A DNA stretch of 55,093 nt, filler included, from Piptocephalis cylindrospora (lineage: Eukaryota): the NCBI GenBank assembly GCA_003614145.1. It is 3 parts of 3 records of this genome, joined end to end, with 100 filler letters (N's around TTAATTAATTAA, not from the genome) between each part and the next. Parts side by side here need not be neighbours in the genome. Positions count along the whole stretch, not along the records: positions 36,826 to 55,093 come from KZ987840.1; 2 more parts are not named here. The stretch is one strand, 5' to 3'. A model generated the notes under the pieces. The model had not been told where the DNA came from, did no database searches, and saw only the letters and a program-made list of their open reading frames with translations. Positions 37,455 to 48,187 of this stretch are shown here, in pieces (position 1 is the stretch's first letter; every line of letters begins with the position of its first letter). Position numbers and translations under genes: made by a program.

Positions 37455-40400
37455 TTATTCTGAAATGGAGTTGATAATCCCGCCGAGACTATCCAGTAAG
37501 GGAAGACTGGACATGGAATTAGCGGGAGGCCTACCTCTACGAGCCTCCTCGCTGGTTAAATCCACTAGGAGAGGAAAAAGATCAGTATGGGCGTGAAATT
37601 ATGCGCGCTACTTTATCCTCCACAACCTCATGATTCAAGGACCTACCAGATCCGCTAGGGATGTATGTCGGATGGGAAATATTTCCCTGTGTCCCCGGCC
37701 CGGAAGCGCCGGAAGAGCGTGGACTATGACGGTGCGCCCCCCTTCGCCCCCCGCCCAGACCAGGAAGCCGAATACGATTTCCTCCAAGGGCCTGGGACCG
37801 CCGGATAAATTGAACTACATCAGGAGGCATGCTATGCTGAGCAAGACGAATGCAAGAAGGCGGGGAGGATCCAGTACTGATATGAGTGGCCAATTCAGCC
37901 CCCTCACTATCGGAAAGACTGCAGCCGGTCAAGTCTAGTTCCTCAATCATACATGAGGAGTGGAAGAGGGCCGAGAGGAACATGGGCCATCGTGGACCTC
38001 CCACTCGGCATCGCTGAAGCCGTAGGACACGTAGGGAGGAAGCATGGAGAAGGGCTTGGCCTAAATAGCCCAACCCCGCCCCGCTGACTTCGTTTTCCGA
38101 CAAGATAAGAGTCTCGATCCCCGGAGAGGAGACAACCCATTCGGCAATGGCCTTGATCCCGGGATGCCTTAGGTCATTCCTCCCAAGGTCTAGAACACGC
38201 AAGGCAGAGAGATTTTTGAGAGATCGGCTCAGGATATCGGCCCCCCCCGTCCTTTAGGCTACAAGAAGAAAGGTCCAGGGTGTGAAGGTGGGGGTGGTAG
38301 CGAAGGGCCTTGACCACGGCCTCTGCCCCATGCGCGCTCAGCCCATTGCCTCCGAGTCGCAGGATCCGAAGGGATCCTGGCCGAGATATGGCTCTTGCCA
38401 GTGGAAGAGCTCCACTCCACAGGATGGACGACCCCCGGAAATCTAACTCTTCTAGACTGATCTCCTCTGGCTCATCCGATCCCCATCTCCCCCCATCCTC
38501 TTCATTGTCTTCACCTGCGTAAACCTCCTCATCATCCCCTTCCTCGTCATCATAGCCATCATCGTCATTGTTTACGGTATCCCCTGGTCCCTCCTGACTA
38601 GAATTGCGGCGGTGGGAACGGATCTCGGGGGAAGTAACATTATTGGACTCCCTTCCGGTGGACATATCCCCATTGATGGGCGTCCCTGCAAATCTACGTC
38701 GTTCCCCTCCAAGTCGAGTAGTCTCACCCAATGGAATGTCTTCATCGGAGTCGCTTGCGGTCGTTCCCCTCCCCGGGGACGCTTCTCTATCCACGCCAAT
38801 ATTCAAGCCTCCTCCGAGGCCATTGGAACGAGGGGACTCAGAGGAATTGAGTGGGTTGATTGAGGAGGAAGGCAGAGATTGAGCAGGCGAGGAGAGAAGA
38901 AGAGGAGATCTTGGGGGGGCAGAGGCGGTAGGAAGAGGAGGAGGAGGCGGGGAGCGGATATGGGAGCGGCCTCGGGTGGAATCATGGGACGAAGAGGCGA
39001 CGAGAGAAGCAGATGCTGAAGAGCCAGACATACCCCCTATGGGACCTGTGGCCATATGAGTAAAAAGGCCAGCGAGCAAAGGTGGACCCTGCGGGCGGGG
39101 ACGAATGGGGCGGCTTGGGATGAATGAAGAGGAGCCAATGGCTGTTCCGGGACTAACGATACTAGGAAGAAAGGTACTGCACAAGATGGGAAAGGTGCCA
39201 TCGGGGCCGAAACCACGCACACATATCCTCCGACAAGGTGGGGTCATGGCGACTCGGGAAGTGATGGCGGCCTCGGCTTCCTTGGGGTTCGGAGGGAAAA
39301 ATGAGGCATTAATGACCAGGGTGGACATAGCATCGAAACGGGAACGCCAGGTACGTTCCGTCTGATGGAGACGCTGCTCCAAGAGGGTAATTTCCCGAGT
39401 CAAGGCCTGAATGGGAGCGCGGGTCCTATGCCAGGGGCATTCATCGAGACAGTGCCTGGTCAAATCCTTCCTGGCCATAGTCTCCATACATCCTCCCCTA
39501 TTTCCGAGAATGTGCCGGTGAGGGCAAGAAACAATGGCTGCTGGGCATTCTCGTTGATGATGCATAGGGAGATCTCGTGCGCGAAGTTGGTTGGACGGTA
39601 ACCGGGCGGATGAAGGAGGAGGGGATTGAGGGGGGGTTTTATTGACCGAGGAAGGGGGTATTGGGGAGATCTCGGTGATTCCCACGCGGCTCTCTCCTTC
39701 CTCAAGCATCCTCCCAACACCTGCCTGACCCTCCGTCCTCTCACCATGATTGACAGGTAGGGGAGAGGGGGAAGAGCTCCTGGAGGGGCCGTCCAATCGG
39801 GGAGGGGAGATCGTCCCTGTAATGGAAGTAGGGAGGATAAGGGGGGAAAGCTGGTCCATGGGAGGGGAGAGGGGTTGAGAGAGAGGAGGGGAGATGGATG
39901 GAGCAGTCGTTTGTATCACTTGACCGCTACGACCTCTCCGGTGGGCCAGTCGACCTGGGACGGGAGGACCCAAGGGACGTAGGGAAGTCGTGGAGGTACC
40001 ACATGCCCCGCATGTTACAGGCCTCTCGGAACACATAGACCGTTCATGGAGAGCGAGTGCATTACCATTAGTATGAGGAGCAGAGTATCCACATGCCCAG
40101 GTGCATATGTCCCGATAGTAGGAGCAGTGGGGACGATGGGCTTCAAGGGCAGATCGTGCAAGCTCCTCCGGGCACCCGGAAAACCGAGGGTCGTCCCCAC
40201 ACTTCAGAGCAACGATCATACACACATCGGCATAGTGATGGGCAATACCCCGACGGGGTCCCTGCCAATCGCATGTAGGGGCCTCTTTGCAACGTACAAT
40301 CAGAGCATCGGTACGCTGGGCCAGCTCCCTGGCCTCCACTACATCCTCGGCAGGTAATAGAGGAGCTCGGCAAAAAGGACACGTGCATGTGCGACTAAGG

Positions 40401-40543
40401 GCGTGATGAAGACACTCTCGGCAAAAGAGATGACCACATCGCGTGACCTGTACAGGGGCAATATAAGCGTCGGTGCAAATGGGGCACTGAAGGTCCTCGG
40501 GAGGTTCGGTGATGTAGTCGTACTCTGGCTGTGCGTAAGGCAT
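37455..40543 (-). CDS. RING finger + TRAF-type zinc fingers + RNI-like LRR protein (putative E3 ligase); apparent +1 frameshift at 38241-38248
   Basis: C3HC4 RING CPICTDAY..PV...CGHLFCREC......TCPFCR and TRAF-like Zn fingers. LRR repeats: LRILRLGGNGL, LHTLDLSSCSL, LRVLDLGRNDL, IETLILSENEV, LRVLRLQRCRV, IEELDLTGCSL. The stop is either 37582 (unspliced) or 37455 (with a final intron). Confidence 0.8.
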
Positions 40544-40680
40544 GAGACTGAGATGTGAGAGGAGTGAAAAGGAGGGGGGAGAAGGGAGGAGGGGGGAGAG
40601 GGGAGAGGGGGGGGGGAGAAAGAGGAGAAGGAAAGAGCACAGCGGTCCAACAGGTGCTCCTTTGGACTGTGATGGATGGC

Positions 40681-40687
40681 CTTTATA
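40681..40687 (-). promoter_or_regulatory. Possible TATA box (TATAAAG) of the RING-TRAF-LRR gene
   Basis: CTATAAAGG on the minus strand, ~140 nt upstream of the ATG at 40543, followed by a CT-rich leader. Confidence 0.45.
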
Positions 40688-41771
40688 GAGCTAGAGGATC
40701 CTCCTTCAAGACATGTGGCGGGGCCGGCTGATATGGGCCAGACGAAGCGGGGGGAGGGAGGGTAAGGTGATGGACAAGAGGACGAATCGGGCAGGGGAGG
40801 GGCAGGAGGCGTGGGCGTGAGCAATATAGCGACGGACAATGAGACTCCCGATGGTGACAAAGCCATGAGATGGCCACACACTGTTACCTAAAACGGAGAG
40901 AAGGAAGGGTGGTGTGGTAGTGGAGCCGAGGGCATCTCCGATACCAAAGAGCGCGTGAATGCATGCAGTAAACGAAGTTTGTTCCTAGTGATATGCTTCG
41001 GCTAGTCACGCATACGCCGCATATCTACACACAAAGCACAAATATGGTATTTTCTTCAAAGGCCGCCAGGAGCAAGAGGATTGTCTCCGTTGTTGAGCCC
41101 GGGAAGAAACACTAATACTCACTAATCAAAGTGGAGCATTGGTCTCTTCATGGGGATGATGTCAGACCGGATCCCCCGGAAATGGGGGAGGACTGAAAAG
41201 CAGGAGGAGAGCTCCTGGAATAGCAGGGGAGGTACTCATGGGGTGATGGTAGTACAAGGACATGGCCAGAAATAAGACGACTACCTCATTCCCTATATCG
41301 GTCAGCGTATTGTTCCATCCCTGAAATCAAGAAACGAGAAAACCATATCCAAGCTACCAGGGAAATCAAGTATAAGTTCCTTTGTTTGTAGACAACCATG
41401 CCAAGGTGACAATTTTGTACTCCCGAGAAGGATGCCAAGGCAAGATCATCTGGACGATAGGATGGGGCTGTAAACACCATCGGTCCGTCCCGTCCCCGCT
41501 CGGTTCTTCCTTCCACAACGGCATTATATACTTCGCCTTGCGAATTTTCCATTCATTTATTCAAGACCCTGTAGAGCGTGGTTATAATCTGACAAGAGAT
41601 TACTGAGAAGGATGAGAAAAAATGGGAGAGCAGGACTTTTTTTTGCAAAATTGGCCTCCGTTTTAAATTAGGGTCCATACAGCGCGGGTGGAGCCCACAT
41701 AAGAGATCATTGAGAAGGAAAGAATGGAAAACAGGGGGGAAATTTTGCCTGTGAGGAGCTACTACCATCGT

Positions 41772-41819
41772 CATCACCATCACCATCACCATCACCATCA
41801 CCATCACCACCTCCATCAC
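41772..41819. repeat. (CATCAC)n hexanucleotide microsatellite
   Basis: Six perfect CATCAC units plus degenerate copies. Confidence 0.9.
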
Positions 41820-41951
41820 CTCCAAATACCGCTGCCGCCGTGTGGGCTTCTTGTAAGATGGGCACCAATAGTGTTGAGAGAGCAGGGCAATATTATTCTC
41901 CGCCATTTTATAAGGTATATCTTATAAGGTGTAAAAATTAGCAAAAATTGT

Positions 41952-42035
41952 GGAGAGATGGCCGAGCGGTCTAAGGCGGTAGACTCAAGTTCTATTCTTC
42001 GAATGAAGGCGCGGGTTCGAATCCCGCTCTCTTCA
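41952..42035 (+). tRNA. tRNA-Leu (anticodon CAA), intronless
   Basis: Acceptor stem GGAGAGA/TCTCTTC plus discriminator A. D-arm TGGCCGAGCGGTCTAAGGC, anticodon arm GTAGA-CTCAAGT-TCTAT, long variable arm CTTCGAATGAAG, T-arm GCGGGTTCGAATCCCGC. Downstream T5 Pol III terminator. Confidence 0.96.
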
Positions 42036-42490
42036 CATTACTCTTTTTGGAAGCGGGTTCCACTTCTAATGATCTTGATATGCTTAGATACGGGAGTGGA
42101 GTTTCCTAATATCTATATTCAATTACGATGTCATCCTTTTGATTGATAATGCTTGGATATGCTTGAGAGAGCAAGAAAGCTTTTGGCTCAATTATCATTT
42201 GATCAAGTGGTGATGATAAATGCACTAGCTGTTCCAAATCTTAGCGATTAAATAAAATGGGTATCAAAGAAATACTGTACCTATTATTTCTATATTATTA
42301 CTATTTTCCAAAGGATTGGGTATATAGATCAGAAGAGAGAGGGAGCGATGATGATATAACGACTCAGTATCACCAGAGTTGAATCAATCAATAAAGTCGC
42401 GTCGATGAGCCAAGTAAATAGGCAAGTACGTCTATCTAGAGACTTTCCCTCTCACTTTCTCCTTCTCTCTGTAGTCTTATTGCCCACGTC

Positions 42491-44457
42491 ATGACCTCAA
42501 AGAAACGTAGCCCTGATGCGTCCGATATATCCAAGACCAAGAGGCAGGATTTTTTCCAAAAGCGAATCAAGCTCCCTCCTGTAGGGGTATGGACGGAGGA
42601 GGGGCAGGGAAAGTTGCTTCACTATACCAATCAGACCACGCATCCCCGGGTCCCGTCAGAGCGAGTAGCTGCTTTTGACCTTGTAACTAAAGGGGGAGAG
42701 GGAGGTAGCGTTTGGATCCAAGTACTTAAACCTTCTCATTCTAGGATGGGACACTAATCCGAGTCAGGGGCACGCATGTCCACCCACGAGATAGGCACGA
42801 TTGGCAATTCTGGGATGAATGCATCCCATCTCGTTTACGCGCCCTCGTCAATAAAGGGTAAGTGGTATAGGGAGAGTATATTTTCTTAATTCGTGACTGA
42901 TGGACGACTTATCCACCCATTTTTTTCAGATTCAACGTAGTTATCCTCAGCAATCAAGCAGGGTTAAAGAGGAAAAAAGATGGGACGCGTAATGCACGAG
43001 AAGCAGAATGGAGAGCCAAGGTCATGGCTATTGTCTCTGAGGTAAGTGTCGAGAGAATGACCCGTCTTCGTCATCTCTACTAATTATTGCCGTCCAGTTG
43101 AACATACCTATCCAAGTATTAGGGTCCATTGATCATGGGGTCTACCGAAAGCCATGCCCTGGAATGTGGCATTACCTGATTGAGAAAGGGTGGTCTGATG
43201 GATGCAAAGGTTAGTGGGAAGAAATGAAAGGGTATATCCGTCTAGAATGACTCATTGACCATAATCTTCCCATTAAAACCTCTAGTCGATCTTACCCAAA
43301 GCTTTTACGTAGGGGATGCAGCTGGAAGGAGGGAGGGCTGGAAGAAAGGTGTCACTCGAGGAGATCACTCGGCTGCTGATAGGTATGTAGCCTCTTTTTC
43401 GAGTTCAAAATGCCGATTTGAGAAAGATGATAATGTAGGATTGTATTGTTCATTAGAGATATAAATCTGACACTTTTCTCCTTGACGGACCCTTGGGATA
43501 GGAAATTGGCCTTGAACGTCGGATTGCCTTTTTACACCCCTGAAGAGTACTTTTTCCAGGAAGCGTCTGCCCCGTATTCCTTGGGTGACTTTGACCCAAC
43601 CCAATTTGAAGGTATGTGGATCTAGGGGGCTGAGGAGGAGATGAACGTATTCACCCTTTTCACAGATACCAAGGAGATGGATGATTCCAAAAATATATGC
43701 GATGAGCTTGCATCCAAGGTGGAAAAGGGTCTCATTTTATTGGTAGGAGCGCCGGCTAGTGGGAAATCAACAGTGTGGAAGAAGTACTTTAAATCCAAGG
43801 GGTATACACGGATCAACATGGTAAGGAAGATGGTACGGGGTGTGTATGAGAGATACAGCTTGGACTTTTAACTATAATGATGATGAATTCTCTTTAATTA
43901 TAGGACACTCTTAAAAGCAAAGCCAAATGCTTAAAGGGTAGCAAGGAGGCCTTGGCCGCAGGAGGTCGTGTGGTTGTGGGTAGGTGTGGTGTTTTAAAGG
44001 AGGTGTTACTTTATTTCCTAGATAACTCATCATCCCCTAAAACCCTTAGACAATACGAATGGGGATCGGGCGACACGCGCTGAGTATTTGAAATTAGCTA
44101 AGGGCATGAATCTCCCATGCTATGTTATATGGGTCAACACAGGCCCCGAAGTGTGTCGACATAACAATCTCTATCGTTCCATCCGCAAGGGATCCAATGA
44201 GGAGGGGAAGGTAAGGGAATACTGAATGGGGTATTTATGGAGGGATAAAAGCATACTTACATGACCTTTTCCTCTGGGGTGGTACGGATGGGAGGAATTA
44301 GCGGGAAAGGATTCCCGATGTGGCGTTTCGTACTTTTTACTCTCGATTCCAGCCACCAGTTCTATCTGAGGGATTTTCCTCTATCGAAGCCTTTCCCTTT
44401 ATCCCACGATTCTCGAACGAGGAGGATCGGGAAGGGTGGTGTCAATGGATGGAATAA
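42491..44457 (+). CDS. PNK1: Bifunctional polynucleotide 5'-kinase/3'-phosphatase (PNKP/Pnk1), ~10 exons
   Basis: HAD motif VAAFDL|DGTLI, SNQAG, YRKPCPGMW, SFYVGDAAGR, DHSAADR|KLALNVGLPFYTPEEYF, P-loop GAPASGKST, INM|DTLK, VVV|DNTN, CRHNN.YR, IPDVAF. Confidence 0.95.
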
Positions 44458-44802
44458 AAGGCGCAATATCCTTTCTTTTTTTTTTGATAGAAAGTAATGA
44501 AATACTCTTCGACTTTGGTACCCGTATAGTGCTGGGAGTTATGTTTGTCCCACTATGTGGAATCTTTTGTAGGATCACTCCCAATCGAAGAGATACTTGA
44601 TTAAAATATCCTCTTTACGTTAAGCTTTTCCTTGATTGAGGGGGAGGGGAAAGGGGGTATGTATTTAAGGATGGAGTACAAAAGGGATTATCCTTCTCTC
44701 TCTCTCTTCAACACACACTCACCTTTTCAATTGCACTTTGGTTCTTCGTATAAACCCATTTCTCTTTCCCCAGGATTATCCGGTAACCACATTAATTCTC
44801 CC

Positions 44803-45432
44803 ATGTCATACCGTGGACTAGCTTGGAACGAGGATGTGGTGGAGCGGCAACGGGAGTTGGATCGATTGATAGAAGAGAATGAAGGAGGGAGGGTGAGCCC
44901 ACAAAGGCTGCGACGAGCGGCATCCCTACATGATCGGTTAGGCAAGTTGATACGGGAACAGGAGAATGAGGAGGAGGAGGGGGAGGGGACAGGAGGGAGT
45001 GGAAAGGGAAGACTTCGATCACTTCGTCGTCGACATACCCTCAGTCGACTACCTCAATCTTCAGCTTCTCCGCCTAAAGATCAGACCAGGGTCATCCGTG
45101 CCCATTCATCCTACCCTGGGCCTTCGGGGATAGGAAGTAGGCCCTTTGGTTTCTCCACCCAGATGACTGGTCTGTACCTTTCCCTGGGCCTTGGAGTACC
45201 GATCCTTGTGCTTCTTCTCTACCTGAGCCTCTCTACCCTATGTCTCCTATCCATTACCGTGAGTATTTTTGTGCTGTCTGAAGTGACATCCCTACTCGTT
45301 GGATTTTTTCTCCTTCTCCCCGTGATGGGTTTGGTCCTTGGGAGCGGTCTGGTCCTATGGGTATGTATGCAACTGGCATGCTGGGCCGTGCACATGGCCA
45401 AGCAAGGTGGATCCATGATTGGATTGTTGTGA
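44803..45432 (+). CDS. Membrane protein with promethin/LDAF1-like hydrophobic hairpin domain
   Basis: Charged N-terminus followed by a ~70-aa continuous hydrophobic region with P-containing turns (LGVPILVLL ... FFLLLPVMGL). The family assignment is by pattern only. Confidence 0.55.
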   Translation: MSYRGLAWNEDVVERQRELDRLIEENEGGRVSPQRLRRAASLHDRLGKLIREQENEEEEGEGTGGSGKGRLRSLRRRHTLSRLPQSSASPPKDQTRVIRAHSSYPGPSGIGSRPFGFSTQMTGLYLSLGLGVPILVLLLYLSLSTLCLLSITVSIFVLSEVTSLLVGFFLLLPVMGLVLGSGLVLWVCMQLACWAVHMAKQGGSMIGLL

Positions 45433-46401
45433 TGGCGGAAAAGATAGATAAGTCGCATCATATCTATCACCATCACGTGTGTGTATGTATGAAGGGCAGG
45501 AAAGCGAGGTTCGGCTATTGCTTGTCATTTTTCTTTCCCTTTCACTATCATCGAAAAAAGCAGAATCGAGCACGCTTTTAAAAGTAAAAGGTACCTTTCC
45601 TCGTTTCTTACTTTCCTGATTGACTCATATATGCATACATTCACCCCTCCTTTTCATCTGTGCATACACGGATTATGCTTTGAAATACCCCCCTTGGGGC
45701 ACGAGAATGTTTTTATTCGCCAAGGAGATATCATCACATTATTGTGTAGGTAATCTTTGTCACGATCAGTCTCGGTTGCTTTTGAAGGGACATGAAGCAC
45801 TTTCCCCATGATTGGAAGAGATCCGCAATCCTTCTTACCGCCAGCCTTCCCGATAGACTGACACACACTCATCTAAAACAAGGTCGCACATGGCGGTTAC
45901 CATATGTCTTACCGCGATACCTTTCTCATACACAATCTCCTACTAGCATTCCTCTAGCCTAGTTATTTTGGGAGTGAGTTCATTCGATGACCTCACTATC
46001 ATTTCTCCACACAGATGGGTGAAGCTGCTATAAACCATCATACATACAACGGTGTGCTGTTCTCTGGCATGAGGAGGACGTAAGGCTATGCTGCACATTG
46101 GTTATCATGTTTTATACAACCGTGGGCCTTGGCAGCCGCAGTACCACCTGGGGAGCTAGGGCAGCCCCCATCTGGTTAAACCTGGCTTAGCTGGGCTACT
46201 CTCGGCCCTTCTTTCATCACTGGCTTCCGAGATGGGTAAGGGGGGAAGATAGCTTAGCATACTTGGCGTAGGAGCTGAGACCGCGTGTCTCGAATGGTTC
46301 ATTCATTCTCTCTCTCTTCCTCTATCTCTTGACTTCCCCACTCCTCCTCCTTTTTCTCTCTCTTTTTTTCAATACATTTTCCTTCCCTTCCTCTTCTCAG
46401 A

Positions 46402-47988
46402 ATGAGCTTGTAAGTCGAGTGTACTCCTTGAGCAGACTTGGTGATTGCTTTCTCACTCTACTTGCACTCATCTTTGGGTAGCCGTGGTTTCAAAAAGGCC
46501 ATCAACCGGCTTCCTGCTCAGTTTCTCAATAAGACGGGAAAGCTTGAAGGTGAGCTTTTGATCCCATTCAATATACTGATCTCCCTCCCTCTTTGCCCCA
46601 ATGACTCATTCCCTTCCCTCACTCATCTAGTGGAAGCTGACCCGGAACTTGCCGCGCTAGCTCGTCAATTCGAAGAATTTGAACGCGCTTCCGGAGATCT
46701 CTTGACTGACTCTTGCAAATTCCGCAAGGCCGTCCTTGGTAGGCTAGGAAAAATGCCACTTACTCTATTGCTTTAATATCTCGCTCATTCCTCTCTTTCC
46801 TCCCTCTTGTAGCAATGGTGGATAGTCAAGTAGCCTTCTCAAATACTCTGATTGAGCTCTACGACCTTCCTGGGACCAATACCCCCACCCCAACGGCCAC
46901 TCTGGATGCTGCTCGTACCTATGTGTCCATCATCTCTCGGTGTAATTCCTCTATTACACCCTTGCTTAGCACCCTGGAATCCGTGGTCATCCGTCCCACG
47001 GAGAACCTTGTCGGACTGCTCCAGAATGTCCGCAAAACCTTGGACAAATGTGGACGGAAGCAGCTGGATTATGTCCGCCACAATCAGTCACTCTCCAAGC
47101 TCTCCACAAAGACTGAGCGCTCCCTTGAAGAGGAGCGCAAGATGCACAAGCAGCAGACCGTCACCGACGAATCCCACGAGGCCTACCAGAATATTATCGC
47201 TCGTCTCAAGACCGATCTTCCTATTCTCTTCCAGCTCCGTTCCCAACTCATTCAACCCATGTTCAAGACCTTTGCCCGCGTTCAGCTCCGTGTCCAGGAC
47301 ATCTATTACAACCAGCTGGAAGAAGTCACGCGTCTTGGCGTTTTCGACATGCAATCTCCCATTGTGGAGCATTTTACCGCCCGCCAGGCTGAAGGTGATT
47401 CTCTCCTTGGTGCCCTTAACTTCCCTGGGGGCAAGCCTTCCGCCACCTCCCCCAAACCCAATCTTTCTGGCAAGTCCCCCTCCTCTTCTCAGCCTCCCTC
47501 CCCTAATCCGGCTACTGCCGCTGCCACCTCAGGTATCGCCACTTCTCCCACCACTCATGCCGCTCCACCACCCGCCTATACGCCCCCTCCCCCCCGCCGC
47601 TACCACCTCCCCTTACCCCTCGGCCCAAGAGGAGAAGGCTAAACTGGCTGGACAGACCACTAGTTCTGGACCTACGTCGGGTGCTGTGGCGGGGACAGGG
47701 GCTATGGCAGGAGCAACATCCGCTACGGTGCCCCACTCTACCACTGCAGGTAGTTCGATCTATCCTCCCCCCCCTCCTCCCCCTCCCGTATCCGCCACCA
47801 CTACTGCTTCATCTTCCTATGTCGTTGCCTTGTATGATTACACGGCCCAAGACTCTGGAGATCTCTCCTTTTCCGAAGGAGATCGTATTCAGGTTCTCCA
47901 TCGGTCCATGGATACCAATGATTGGTGGAAGGGGACTATCAACGGTAAGACTGGTGTCTTTCCCGCCAATTATGTGCGGGAAGAGTAA
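46402..47988 (+). CDS. RVS167: BAR-SH3 amphiphysin (Rvs167-like); apparent +1 frameshift at 47589-47595
   Basis: Spliced N-terminus MSF|RGFKKAINRLPAQF and BAR helices (RKQLDYVRH, LKTDLPILFQLR..LIQPMF). C-terminal SH3 YVVALYDYTAQDSGDLSFSEGDRI...DWWKG..NGKTGVFPANYV lies in a different frame. Confidence 0.85.
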
Positions 47989-48187
47989 AGGAGTATATGT
48001 GCGTGGAGTGTGAGGGAAGATGCGCCACTATGAAGGCTCTCGTATCCCAGATATCCCGGTATACTGCATGTCTTATGGTTTAACGCATCAACTCTCTCTT
48101 TCTCCGTGTCCACTCTTCAACCCTACTAGATGGGTGTCTTGACAATAAAAATCCATTTTTTTTCTACCACCACACATTTCCGTTATC

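Noticed and set aside
41724..41927. Poly-histidine ORF
   Set aside because: It is a by-product of the (CATCAC)n microsatellite, with no other coding evidence.
46852..47590. Long overlapping reading frame within the BAR gene (N-terminal part of the 378-aa ORF)
   Set aside because: It is a shadow frame. Only the portion after the C7 run encodes the real linker and SH3.
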